Notes under the pieces: model-generated | The model's database searches: none | Seen by the model: the letters and a program-made list of their open reading frames with translations, nothing else | Told to the model about the DNA's origin: nothing | Origin: Tubiluchus corallicola | Lineage: Eukaryota > Animalia > Priapulida | Direction: 5' to 3' | Length of the DNA stretch: 64,000 nucleotides | Assembly: GCA_030141605.1 (NCBI GenBank) | Contig: JAQGDQ010000017.1 | Span: forward strand, 434,001 to 498,000 | Translations under genes and position numbers: made by a program | Shown: positions 11,603 through 24,247 of the stretch, one piece after another | Layout of the letters: every line of letters begins with the position of its first letter | How positions within the stretch are numbered: position 1 is the stretch's first letter

Positions 11603-14573
11603 CTTTGCTACTATAGTTTTCACAGTTTTTTGTAATTATGCACTTTTGATAAGTGAATGTTTACAATGTCATAGCATTGCTCCAACACTGCTCTGCTCCA
11701 TCAATGTCACCATTTCATCACTCATTTCAATCTAGCTGAAAACAGAGCCTTTATTATGAAACGTACACTCGCAGAGAAATTGTCCCATGCAGAAACCAAA
11801 CTCGGATTAGCACCAAACTCGGATTTTCGCAAAAAGATCAGGCGCTCTGTATACTTGTTGGCCCGGGAACACATCCGCTTTCACTGCAGTTTGCAAATCT
11901 TATTCCACTATATTTGTTGCTTGTAACTCGTTGTTGATATGCACCTCTCTTTGCCAACAAGAGAGAAATAGTACTTGAATGTCAAAAGGAGGCTTCTGTT
12001 TTCTTGCGTGCTCTTTTATGCATTTTCATTGCTCTGCCTGACCTTGATGAGAAGTTAAACAAGGACACTTGAAAGGTTTCTTGTTAATGGTCTGATTGTT
12101 TTCGAGGAAAGTCACGAAACTTGATTTGTAAATTTTCAAATGTCCTAAAGTCATTTGCTAAATCAAAAGACTGACAAGTTTAAATTATCAAGTGTACATT
12201 TAGGTCTTCACATTTATTGAGCTCAGATCGTAACATTATAGCATGTCCTTTGTCATGTGTGTTTATAACAACAATAATTTCTTGCATTACAAGCATGTTT
12301 CATGATCTGAGAACAATAATGAGCTTCAAAAACTGTTGCTATGACAACAATGCATGGCAAACTTTAAAAGCTCCACTTTTCTAAATAGTCGACATCATTA
12401 GCAGATTAGAGATTAGCAGATTAGTGGCTGTTTAGAGATTTACAATAATTTAACTGAAAAATAGAAATGTAACTGAGAAATAAAGAGTAACACATAGGAC
12501 GCAGGGTGTATACCATAGTGATGGAAATTTCTGTTTTGAACTCTGAGGCTCCAGTTAGAAAGTACATCTGCAGTTTAGAGTATAAATCACTTGCCCGCTG
12601 TTTGCTAATTTTAACTATTTGGGCAACATTTTCAAATACAAAAGTTGTTTTGTATTTGGACTTCCTATACAGAACAACTGAGATGTCTGTTGAATTTAAT
12701 GCCTCTTTCCTTGGTACTTATTACCTGCTGATTATCTTGTAGGTGAAGTGAATATTTTTCATCATTATTCTATTTAGCTTCATTAGTTAGAGTTTGTTGC
12801 TTATTAGAATTAGTATGCTCAAGTAGCATTTTTTGAATTTGGTTTCTAAGCGTCTAATTCAACCTCATTTATGAAGTTCTCGATTTAACTTTGCAACTAG
12901 TTTTTGGTGGTTCAAACAAAAAGAAATTGGATATAAATGTGTGTTTTCTGAAGAAAGTTTGGAAGTTCTTTTGCAACTTCACCCGTAAGATGGCCCTGAA
13001 AGATGAGTCGCTTTAGTTATCCCAGAGTTTATCGCTTGTGTGACGGTTTTTCAGTAAAATGGTTGTAAACACAGCATTTTCCACTCAGACAGCAACCAAT
13101 TTAGCAGCGCCATCAGTTTCTCATCCTTCTGGAGTTAAAAATATTTTCCAGATGCCTGAGACAGCCCCTTACCGAGACAAATGGCATGTTTGCAAATTTG
13201 ACAGAGAAGTGCCATGATATCTAAGTAAGCTGTTACGCTGCACTGCAATAATGTGAATCACTAAAGTCTCCAAAACAAAATCTGAACGAAATCATTTTCT
13301 TGAGGGACAATTAAATGCTCTTCATAATTAAAGCTTAAAAAATTCATCTTAAACTTTTATATCACTTACAATGCTGTCTTACTGCGTACTAACACCGAGC
13401 TTGTGTTAGTAGTAAAGCTGTATGAAACTTGTAATCGTAGGAAACGTGTTTTGATAACATTGCATAAAGTTTGAAAAAATAATCAGAGCAATCGTAGCAC
13501 ACTCTTTGCTAACTAAACAAAATTTAAATAACTTTATATCGTCAGTAAGTTCAATAATGTATTTTTTGGTGAATCAGTGGCTCACACTGGGATGGCGATG
13601 CCATGCTGTTTTAAATTATTAAGAATTTTTTCTTTTCAATTACATAAATCTTTCAAAGAGGTGGGCTCAGTGTTAAGTAATATAACTTTGCATGGAAAGT
13701 TCTTTGGGATATACCATAGAATTCCCATTTCTTACCATTCAAAAATTCATTTTCAAGCTTGATTTCACCAGGAATAAATCTGTATAGTGTACCTAAACTT
13801 TGTATTAATATCCTTGTCACTCACAGCTCTTTTAATAATTACAAAAACTTTAAAAATGTTTAATCTGATTTTTAAATCATTGTTATTTTTGTCCAGATCT
13901 CAGAAACTTTCATGCCACTCTGCCCTCTATTTTTACGAAAGTTTTCACTTAATTTTTGTTATAAAGTATAATTTATAATATATTGGCTTAATATTTTCTT
14001 CAAAACGCCTTGGAAGTGAGAGATGCCCTTTATGTGTCTTTAGATAAATTTAATCACTGAGCGTGTTTTGGTAAATTCAATTTGCATGTTTCACATTACA
14101 AGTTCTGATTTCTCATCTTGGTAAATGAAATTTTTAATAATGTTGTATGATACTGAAACATAGTAAGACATCAAAGTTGTCTTACACAAAAATTAATTTT
14201 AACAGCCTTTCAGTTTTGCACAGACGTGAAATTATGTGACGTGCAATAAGAAAATAGTGCCTTGAGGTGCTATGTGCGTGGATATTTTACCAGTAGTTAC
14301 ATTATTCAGTGCACCAGACAGCAAGTTCATCGCAGTACGTTGTTGTTGATTACAACGTCACATCCCTTTTTGAAAAAAAGGCAGATTTCATTTTGCTAAT
14401 GAAGCGTCAAGAATGTTTGAACACTTATGAGAGAGGAGAAAAATGAAGTAAATAACTCGCTAGGAAGATTTTTGCAGAAGTGCTGTGTTGATTTTGAAAT
14501 CAGGTTTTTTTCAATTTCATTTATATTTCCATGTTCTGGAACACTTTTGTTATTGTGACACTAAATTGTAGTG

Positions 14574-14712
14574 AAATCGAATTCGAAAATGAATCTGTTG
14601 ACATCTCTGCCATGAATCCAGACGAATTTACCAATAGGCATTTGAAACTGTACCTAACACGATTGTATTCTGTACATTTTTTTCTTGGAAGCACCATTGT
14701 TATCAGCAGTTA
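14574..14712 (+). pseudogene. Relic N-terminal GPCR fragment upstream of GPCR4
   Basis: IEFENESVDISAMNPDEF-TNRHLKLYLTRLYSVHFFLGSTIVISS is homologous to the family N-terminus/TM1; start ATG changed to ATC and 30 bp deleted relative to the 20065 copy. Confidence 0.8.
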
Positions 14713-14741
14713 CGTAAACCACAGTATAAAACAACAAAGAA

Positions 14742-15809
14742 ATGGAATTTATGAATGAATCTATTGATGACTCTGCCATAAAAGAAAACAAATACTTAGA
14801 ACAAGAAGTTATTTATAATAACAGCCACCTAAGATTGTATCTCACTGGGTTGTATTCAGTGGATTTTATTCTCGGAAGTGCAACTGTCATCAGTAATGTT
14901 TTAACAATCATAGCTGTGCTGACATCACGAAAAATTGGAAGTTCATTGTTAACAGTAGTCATTGTTGCACTTGGTGACACATGTCTAGGAATAGCTGGAA
15001 TATTTAAATTTTTGGTAGCAGGAATCGACCCGCATTATAACATCTTGCCCGATCGAGGACCGTGGTGCTGGACCAGCACAGTAATGATCGTTATTGGTTT
15101 CCTTGTATCTGCACATGGGATGCTGCTTCTTTCCATTGACCGATACATCAAAATAATACATCCACATTCAAATGGATTAAAGATAACACATGTAATTGCT
15201 GCAGGAAGTGCAATAACTGGATTTTCTGTTGTTTACGCATTGATACCAATTTTAACTGATTGGAATTTGGCTAGCAAAAGTGGTAATCCAAAACGATATC
15301 ACAAGGTGATGTTTTATTTAACTGGTCCACTTCTTCAAAGCTTTTTTTATGTAGCAATACCTTTATTTCTCACAGCCATATTAACATCAATTGTACTTTA
15401 TATCAAGATATACATAGCAGTGAAGAAAAGTCAACAAATAAAAGCAAAGATGTCTAAAAACAGTTTACTGGGTTCTAACAGTAAAGCACTACAAACAATA
15501 ATACTCGTTGTAAGCACATATGTGCTGTTATGGCTGCCACAGTTCTTGTACTTGTTGTCCCTTTCAATACCCAATGGCAAGAAGCTTACTATTCAATTTT
15601 ACTACATTTACCCTGTAGTGAATCTTTTCTTTTTATCTAACTCCTTAATAAATCCATTGATTTACATGACAAGAATACCTTTAATTAGAAATCAGTTAAT
15701 AAAAATCTTCCGTAAGTGTCAAGTTCGCATTGGTGCACAAAATATTGAAGCAGGAGTTAAGAGAAATCATCATAAAGTCAACGTCTTTGTTACACTTAGA
15801 GATGAATGA
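14742..15809 (+). CDS. Intronless class A GPCR, copy 4 (355 aa; ECL2 Cys replaced by Tyr)
   Basis: 7TM, PWCW, SIDRY, LWLP, NSLINPLIY. Confidence 0.88.
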   Translation: MEFMNESIDDSAIKENKYLEQEVIYNNSHLRLYLTGLYSVDFILGSATVISNVLTIIAVLTSRKIGSSLLTVVIVALGDTCLGIAGIFKFLVAGIDPHYNILPDRGPWCWTSTVMIVIGFLVSAHGMLLLSIDRYIKIIHPHSNGLKITHVIAAGSAITGFSVVYALIPILTDWNLASKSGNPKRYHKVMFYLTGPLLQSFFYVAIPLFLTAILTSIVLYIKIYIAVKKSQQIKAKMSKNSLLGSNSKALQTIILVVSTYVLLWLPQFLYLLSLSIPNGKKLTIQFYYIYPVVNLFFLSNSLINPLIYMTRIPLIRNQLIKIFRKCQVRIGAQNIEAGVKRNHHKVNVFVTLRDE

Positions 15810-16568
15810 ATGGCACAGAGCAATACGCACCATTTTGGAAACTTTTGTTTAAATGCTATGCTATATTTGTTTAAAACTCATTATGTAGGCATCTACATTT
15901 CATAATTTAAGTTGTTGTTACATCTCAGTTTGGAAATCGACTGCTGTTTTCTGGAAATTTCAGCATAGAAGCTATGTTGCACTATTTAAATATCTCAGTT
16001 AAGCGAACAAATGTCACCACCTGTTACCTCTTAATTTAGAATATGTAAACTTGTAGCTGCAGAGTAAAAGTTTATGGCAGTAAAACAGAAACTGTATTCA
16101 CTAACAGTTGCAAATGCCATTTGGTAACAATTTTCACATTATATTTATCATGTTATTGCAAGTCAGTGAATATTCTGTGAATCTGTTGTATATGTAAACA
16201 AATAGATTTTCAAATATAAAAAGCATTTAGCCTCTTATTTATTTTCTAAAAAAAATCACCTAAAGTGTACCAATATTATTATTTAATTAGTATTAAATTA
16301 ATTAATTCTTTTTTAATTGGTGGATAATGTTTAAAATGGGAAAAAGATTTGAAATAAGTTTCTATGAGTAAGTAGTCAATCGAACGAACGAAAAATGGTA
16401 ATGTAATCTTTTCTATCAAAATTTGTGACTGTTTATCTACAGAATTTTTCAATTGATTTAGTATTATTCTTTGTAATATATTGTATAATTTTAACTATAT
16501 ATGTTCTATAGCTTCTTTAAAAACTTGGAAAACTTAAAATAAAGAAATGTCTCTCTTTGAAAATGATA

Positions 16569-16589
16569 TTCTCTCTCTCTCTGTCTCTG

Positions 16590-16620
<31 letters not shown>

Positions 16621-16680
16621 TCTATCTGTCTCTCTTCTCTCTCTCACACTGTCCTCTCTCTCTCTCACTTTCTCTCTCTT
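16569..16680. repeat. (CT)n-rich microsatellite
   Basis: Direct reading. Confidence 0.9.
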
Positions 16681-16686
16681 ATGTCC

Positions 16687-17380
16687 AAATTTGGACATAA
16701 AGCCGACCATTTAGGCTTACAAGTCACTGCCTACTAACACCAAAAGATTTTCTTAACATGTATACATGGCAAAATTCATATGGATCATATGATTATACAA
16801 GGTACAAGATTACTTTACAATTCTAGAAACGATTGTAGAAACTGTCTGTCATTGTTTATAGAGTTCTTTTTGCCTCTTTGTTTAAGAATTTTGCATAAAG
16901 CGAGCAAAGCTTCTAGTTAAAACATCAGCATTCACAATAAAAGCAATTTTTTCGGTATTCACCAGTTGCATGAAATTTTATTCGATATTGCAACATTTTT
17001 TTTTAATAAATCACTTCTTTGTGTATGATGAAATGTGCAATCAAGTAGGAGATGTATCTCGTTTTCTATTTTGCCTGAATTGCACATTTTGCACATTCCT
17101 TCCTGTAAAGAAAACCCATGGAATCGAGTCTCAATTTTTTAAGGCAGAAAACGACGTCTAAACCGAGATAAAAGTGATCTTTTACTAATTGCGGACTAAT
17201 TACTAATTATTCACAAACATAATTCATAACGTAGTGCAACATTTGCAATACTTGTATACACAGATAGATGTAGTGCAATTTTTATACACACATAGCTGTA
17301 CTAACATTTTTATAAGACAGAAAACGGCATTTAATAGCATGCAGTAATTGTAAACTCAAACAAAATCCATATCTGTGAGC
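16687..17380. repeat. Copy of 1082-1725 lying at the duplication junction
   Basis: Near-identical to 1082-1725 and directly abuts the start of unit B. Confidence 0.9.
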
Positions 17381-20064
17381 TTTCACTGCAGTTCGCAAAT
17401 CTTATTCCACTATATTTGTTGCTTGTAACTCGTCGTTGATATGCACCTCTCTTTGCCAACAAGAGAGAAATAGTACTTGAATGTCAAACATAAAAGGAGG
17501 CTTCTGTTTTCTTGCGTGCTCTTTTATCCATTTTCATTGCTCTGCCTGACCTTGATGAGAAGTCAAACCAGGACACTTGAAAGGTTTTTTGTTAATGGTC
17601 TGATTGTTTTCGAGGAAAGTCACGAAACTTGATTTGTAAATTTTCAAGTGTCCCAAAGTCATTTGCTAAATCAAAAGACTGACAAGTTTAATTGTCAAGT
17701 GTACATTTAGGTCTTCACATTTATAGAGCTCAGATCGTAACATTATAGTATGTCCTTTGTCATGTGTGTTTATAACAACAATAATTTCTTGCATTACAAG
17801 CATTTTTCATGATCTGAGAACAATAATGAGCTTCAAAAACTGTTGCTATGACAACAATGCATGGCAAACTTTAAAAGCTCTACTTTTCTAAATAGTCGAC
17901 ATCATTAGCAGATTAGAGATTAGCAGATTAGTGGCTGTTTAGAGATTTACAATAATTTAACTGAAAAATAGAAATGTAACTGAGAAATAAAGAATAACAC
18001 ATAGGACGCAGGGTGTATACCATAGTGATGGAAATTTCTGTTTTGAACTCTGAGGCTCCAGTTAGAAAGTACATCTGCAGTTTAGAGTATAAATCACTTG
18101 CCCGCTGTTTGCTAATTTTAACTATTTGGGCAACATTTTCAAATACAAAAGTTGTTTTGTATTTGGACTTCCTATACAGAACAACTGAGATGTCTGTTGA
18201 ATTTAATGCCTCTTTCCTTGGTACTTATTACCTGCTGATTATCTTGTAGGTGAAGTGAATATTTTTCATCATTATTCTATTTAGCTTCATTAGTTAGAGT
18301 TTGTTGCTTATTAGAATTAGTATGCTCAAGTAGCATTTTTTGAATTTGGTTTCTAAGCGTCAAATTCAACCTCATTTATGAAGTTCTCGATTTAACTTTG
18401 CAACTAGTTTTTGGTGTTTCAAACAAAAAGAAATTGGATAATAAATGTGTTTTTTCTGAAGAAAGTTTGGAAGTTCTTTTGCAACTTTACCCGTAAGATG
18501 GCCCTGAAAGTTTAGTTACCCCAGAGTTTATCGCTTGTGTCACGGTTTTTCAGTAAAATGGTTGGAAACACAGCATTTTCCACCCAGACAGCAACCAAGT
18601 TAGCAGCGCCATCAGTTTCTCATCCTTCTGGAGTTAAAAATCTTTTCCAGATGCCTGAGACAGCCCCTCGCCGAGACGAATGGCATGTTTGCAAATTTGA
18701 CAGAGAAGTGCCATGATATCTAAGTAAGCTGTTACGCTGCGCTGCGATAATGTGAATCTCTAAAGTCTCCAAAACAATTAAAATCTGAACGAAATCATTT
18801 TCTTAAAGGACAATTAAATGCTCTTCGTAATTAAAGCTTAAAAAATTCATTTTAAACGTTTATATCACTTACATGCTGTCTTACTGCATACTAACACCGA
18901 GCTTGTGTTAGTAGTAAAGCTGTATGAAACTTGTAATCGTAGGAAACGTGTTTTGATAACATTGCATAAAGTTTGAAAAAATAATCAGAGCATTCGTAGC
19001 ACACTCTTTGCTAACTAAACAAAATTTAAATAACTTTATATCGTCAGTAAGTTCAGTAATGTATTTTTTGGTGAATCAGTGGCTCACACTGGGATGGCGA
19101 TGCCATGCTGTTTTAAATTATTAAGAATTTTTTCTTTTCAATTACATAAGTCTTTCAAAAAGGTAGGCTCAGTGATGGTAATATAACTTCGCATGGAAAG
19201 TTCTTTGGGATATACCATAGAATTCCCATTTCTTACCATTCAATAATTCATTTTCAAGCTTGATTTCACCAGGAATAAATCTGTATAGTGTAGCTAAACT
19301 TTATATTAATGTCCTTGTCACTCATAGCTCTTTTAATAATTACAAAAACTTTAAAAATGTTTAATCTGCTTTTAAATTAAATCTCTGAAAACTTCTCTGA
19401 AAGTTTCATGCCACTCTGCCCTCTATTTTTACGAAAGTTTTCACTTAATTTTTGTTACAAACTATAATTTATAATATATTGGCTTAATATTTTCTTCAAA
19501 ATGCCTTGTAAGTGAGAGATGCCCTTTATGTGTCTTTAGATAAATTTAATCAGTGAGCGTGACTTTGGTAAATTCAATCTGCACGTTTCACATTACAAGT
19601 TCTGGTTTCTCATCTTGGTAAATGAAATTTTTAATAATGTTGTATGATACTGAAACATAGTAAGACATAAAAGTCGTCTTACACAAAAATTAATTTTGGC
19701 AGCCTTTCAGTTTTGCACAGACGTGAAATTGTGTGACGTGCAATACGAGAACGGTACCTTGAGGTGCTATGTGCGTGGATATTTTACCAGTAGTTACATC
19801 ATTCAGTGCATCAGACAGCAAGTTCATTGCAGTACCCTGTAGTTGATCACAATGCCACATCCCTTTTTGAAAAAAGGCATATTTCATTTTGCTAATGAGG
19901 TGTCAAGAACGTTTGAACACTTATGAGAGAGGAGAAAAATGAAGTAAATAACTCGCTAGCAAGATTTTTACGGAAGTGCAGTGTTGATTTTGAAATCAGG
20001 TTTTTTTCAATTTGATTAATATTTCTGGGACACTTTTGTTATCGTGGCACTAAATTGTAGTGAA

Positions 20065-20277
20065 ATGGAATTCGCAAATGAATCTGTTGACATCTCTGCC
20101 ATGAATCCAGACGAATTTGTAGAAAAAGAAATTATCTACAGATTCTATACCAATAGGCATTTGAAACTGTACCTGACAGGTCTGTATTCTGTACATTTTT
20201 TTCTTGGAAGCACCATTGTTATCAGCAGTTATGCAAACCACAGTATAAAACAACAAAGAAATGGAATTTATGAATGA
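20065..20277 (+). pseudogene. Relic N-terminal GPCR fragment forming an out-of-frame uORF over the GPCR5 start
   Basis: MEFANESVDISAMNPDEFVEKEIIYRFYTNRHLKLYLTGLYSVHFFLGSTIVISS; stops at 20277, after the GPCR5 ATG at 20261. Confidence 0.8.
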
Positions 20278-21325
20278 ATCTATTGATGACTCTGCCATAG
20301 AACAAAACAAATACTTAGAACAAGAAGTTATTTATAATAACAGCCACCTAAGATTGTATCTAACTGGACTGTATTCAGTGCATTTTATTCTCGGAAGTGC
20401 AATTGTCATCAGTAATGTTCTAACAATCATAGCTGTGCTGACATCACGAAAGATTGGAAGTTCATTGTTGATAGTAGTCATTGTTGCACTTGGTGACACA
20501 TGTCTAGGAATAGCTGGAATATTTAAATTTTTGGTAGCAGGAATCGACCCGCATTATAACATCTTGCCGGATCGAGGACCGTGGTGCTGGACCAGCACAG
20601 TAATGACCATTATTGGTTTCATTGTATCTGCATATGGGATGCTGCTTCTTTCTATTGACCGATACATCAAAATAATACATCCACATTCAAATGGATTAAA
20701 GATAACACATGTAATTGCTGCAGGAAGTGCAATAATTGGATTTTCTGTTGTTTCCGCATTGATACCAATTTTAACTGATTGGAATTCGGCTAGCAAAAGT
20801 GGTAATCCAGAACGATATCACAAGGTGTTTTTTTGTTTAGCTGGTCCAGTTCTTAAAAGCTTTTCTTATATAACAACACCTTTATTTCTCACGGCCATGT
20901 TAACATCGATTGTACTTTATATTAAGATATACGTAGCAGTGAAGAAAAGTCAACAAATAAAAGCAAAGATGTCTAAAAACAGTTTACTGGGTTCTAACAG
21001 TAAAGCACTACAAACAATAGTACTCGTTGTAAGCACATATGTGCTGTTATGGCCACAGTTCTTTTACTTGTTGTCCCATTCAATACCCAAAGGCAAGAAG
21101 CTTATTATTCAATTTTACTACATTTACCCTGTAGTGAATCTTTTCTTTTCATCTAACTCCTTAATAAATCCATTGATTTACATGACAAGAATACCTTTAA
21201 TTAGAAATCAGTTAATAAAAATCTTCCGTAAGTGTCAAGTTCGTATTGGTGCACAAAATATTGAAGCAGGAGTTAAGAGAAATCATCATAAAGTCAACGT
21301 CTTTGTTACACTTAGAGATGAATGA
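20261..21325 (+). CDS. Intronless class A GPCR, copy 5 (354 aa; one-codon deletion in TM6, WLP to WP)
   Basis: 7TM, SIDRY, NPLIY; recent duplicate of copy 4. Confidence 0.88.
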   Translation: MEFMNESIDDSAIEQNKYLEQEVIYNNSHLRLYLTGLYSVHFILGSAIVISNVLTIIAVLTSRKIGSSLLIVVIVALGDTCLGIAGIFKFLVAGIDPHYNILPDRGPWCWTSTVMTIIGFIVSAYGMLLLSIDRYIKIIHPHSNGLKITHVIAAGSAIIGFSVVSALIPILTDWNSASKSGNPERYHKVFFCLAGPVLKSFSYITTPLFLTAMLTSIVLYIKIYVAVKKSQQIKAKMSKNSLLGSNSKALQTIVLVVSTYVLLWPQFFYLLSHSIPKGKKLIIQFYYIYPVVNLFFSSNSLINPLIYMTRIPLIRNQLIKIFRKCQVRIGAQNIEAGVKRNHHKVNVFVTLRDE

Positions 21326-22084
21326 ACGGCACAGAGCAATATGCACCATTTTGGAAACTTTTGTTTAAATGCTATGCTATATTTGTTTAAAACTCATTAT
21401 GTAGGCATCTAAATTTCATAATTTAAGTTGTTGTTACATCTCAGTTTGGAAATTGACTGCTGTTTTCTGGAAATTTCAGCATTGAAGCTATGTTGCACTA
21501 TTTAAATATCTCAGTTAAGCGAACAAATGTCACCACTTGTTACCTCTTAATTTAGAATATGTAAAGTTGTAGCTGCAGAGTAAAAGTTTATGGCAGTAAA
21601 ACAGAAACTGTATTCACTAACAGTTGCAAATGCCATTTGGTAACAATTTTCACATTATATTTATCATGTTATTGCAAGTCAGTGAATATTCTGTGAATCT
21701 GTTGTATATGTAAACAAATAGATTTTCAAATATAAAAAGCATTTAGCCTCTTATTTATTTTCTAAAAAAAATCACCTAAAGTGCACCAATATTATTATTT
21801 AATTAGTATTAAATTAATTAATTCTTATTTAATTGGTGGATAATGTTTAAAATGGGAAAAAGATTTGAAATAAGTTTCTATGAGTAAGTAGTCAATCGAA
21901 CGAACGAAAAATGGTAATGTAATCTTTTCTATCAAAATTTGTGACTGTTTATCTACAGAATTTTTCAATTGATTTAGTATTATTCTTTGTAATATATTGT
22001 ATAATTTTAACTATATATGTTCTATAGCTTCTTTAAAAACTTGGAAAACTTAAAATAAAGAAATGTCTCTCTTTGAAAATGATA

Positions 22085-22085
22085 T

Positions 22086-22116
<31 letters not shown>

Positions 22117-22123
22117 GTCTTTC

Positions 22124-22173
<50 letters not shown>

Positions 22174-22222
22174 CTATCTATCTCTCTTCTCTCTCTCACA
22201 CTCTCCTCTCTCTCTTTCACTT

Positions 22223-22254
<32 letters not shown>

Positions 22255-22299
22255 TCACACACGCGCGCGTGCACACACATGCACACACGCACGCACGCA

Positions 22300-22342
<43 letters not shown>
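22085..22342. repeat. Compound (CT)n/(CA)n microsatellite
   Basis: Direct reading. Confidence 0.95.
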
Positions 22343-22344
<2 letters not shown>

Positions 22345-23282
22345 GTTGTTTTTGAGTTGTTATTCTCAATTACTGACCACAAGATAAATGTTATTGGTCA
22401 GTGTAGCTGCAAAGGCAATTGCAAATCAAATTAGTGTGGAACTTCAGAATTCCTTGTATTACTTACATTGTACACGCTTGGTATACATATTTGGTGTATA
22501 TTCATTAATGTAGTACATGTGTAATGATGACAAAACAAAGCAAAAAATAAAGTCAATCTATACACATGTTGTTATACCAAGATCACAGTGAGAGCCTACA
22601 GTATTTCAAACATGCGATATGTAAAAGTTTAAAAGATAAAATCCAATAAAATTTACAACACATGTGACATGTAAGATAAATGAACTACAGATAGTGAAAA
22701 CATCATAGTAGATATTCTGCTAAATATGTTGATTAACACAGATTTTTGATTGCGTTTACTGTTAATTTTATTCTTTTGCATACAGAGCTTGCAAGCTTGG
22801 CTAGGTCAGATCATCTATGTAAGCAATTGCTTAAGTTGCACTTATTATCTATCCTATTTTTATAATCAGTCTTAGATTCCTTAATTTATCAATAGTTCAT
22901 CGAGGTAAATGCCAAATAAAACTGGTGAAAGAGATGCACCCTTTCTCACTCCATTTCTAGCTGTAAAGTATTTTGACTTACAGTTCTTCCGTGTTATTCA
23001 CTAATTAGTAGGCCTTTACATAAAAACGTAAATTTCTTTATAGTAATTTGTCTACTTCACCAATACTTTTGGGACAGCTAAGAAAGCACAGCTAATAAAA
23101 TACACCTGAGAACCTTCACTTACATGAAGTCTGGCCTGTTTAGCAGTTTCTGTTTAAAACCAAATTATTGATTTTGATTCTAACAGTCCTGTACACCCTA
23201 CAGCAACAAAAGATAAACATGGTGTCCTTTCAAACTCTACCGACACTACACTACTAGAAATCTGTGTAAACTGCATGTTTAT

Positions 23283-24247
23283 TCGGGGTGAACCGAACGT
23301 TCAAATAAGATTCGAACTGGTTTTTTTAATTCTCATCTGATTCGAACTCAAAATTACGAATTCGAATAATTTACCACTCAACTACAAACATTCTTTGTCA
23401 TTAAAACATTTGAAACAGCATGCAAACAGCACAGTTTTGTTGCAATTTCTGTGCACTATTTTTAAACAAATTAATCTAGCCATCTTAATCTTCGGATCTT
23501 GACTTTTGAACTCCGAGAAATTTATTTTGTTCTGGTGTTTAAATCTTCATTTTTGATTATGTATGGCCATCTTATCTTTAAAACTTTCCTAAGAGGACTT
23601 CTATGAAGTTTGGCAATCTGATTTCGCTGCTGTACATAAATATGCTAGTAATATAGTCATTAAGTAATCGAAGTCTTATGCTAAGACTTAATTTCTTGTT
23701 AGTTAATACATTCTTATGCTGAAGAAAAGCATGCATTGCTTGTTGCCTTCTGCTTTTAATATTGTCTTTGGTGCTTAGAAAAGTGCCCGTGTACTTGCAC
23801 TTTTTCCAAGACTGATTATCATCTCTTACAATAATATATTCTCTGTTTTTGACTGGTTTCTTGAAGAGATTTTTTTGGAAAATCGCTTTTTGTTGTGTGA
23901 GTTCGCAGATTTGATACAATAATCCATCCAATATCGTCTGCGTATTGTTGATCAATGAGGAATGGTTCATAGGATTCCAAAGCAGGAAAGGAGTGATCCA
24001 GATTATGTTGAGGAAGCTTATCACAGACTGGTATATTAATCATGATCATCATTTGGAGGAGTTGGGATCTTAAGTGCATTTGCTAGGTAGTGCGTAAAAA
24101 GTATTAGACTTAATGATTAAAAATCTTTAAAACTGAATTCAAATTCTATTTGGATTTAAAATCTTGAAACTTGGTTTGGTTCGAGTTCAAAAATTATAAG
24201 TTTTATTCAATTCGAATTTGCTTTCTGATAGAGAATGCTTACCCCTA
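23283..24247. mobile_element. hAT-type MITE (TAGGGGTG-end family) with a nested LINE fragment
   Basis: Ends tcggggtgaac and gcttaccccta; 8-bp flanks atgtttat/atatttat (7/8 match); both halves similar to 58443-58808. Confidence 0.7.
23590..24095 (-). mobile_element. Frameshifted non-LTR retrotransposon reverse-transcriptase fragment
   Basis: QQYADDIGW (YADD catalytic motif) followed in another frame by KCKYTG...IRLRLLNDYITSIFMYSSE. Confidence 0.75.

Larger units (their letters stand above)
11878..16680. repeat. Segmental tandem duplication, unit A (contains GPCR4)
   Basis: Collinear high identity with 17379-22230 from gctttcactgcagt to the CT microsatellite. Confidence 0.92.
17379..22230. 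repeat. Segmental tandem duplication, unit B (contains GPCR5)
   Basis: Collinear with 11878-16680. Confidence 0.92.

Noticed and set aside
12506-18249. Identical 78-aa ORFs at 12506 and 18013
   Set aside because: GTG start, no recognisable domain; identity is explained by the recent duplication.
22063-22434. SL/TH/CV-repeat ORFs
   Set aside because: Translations of microsatellites.
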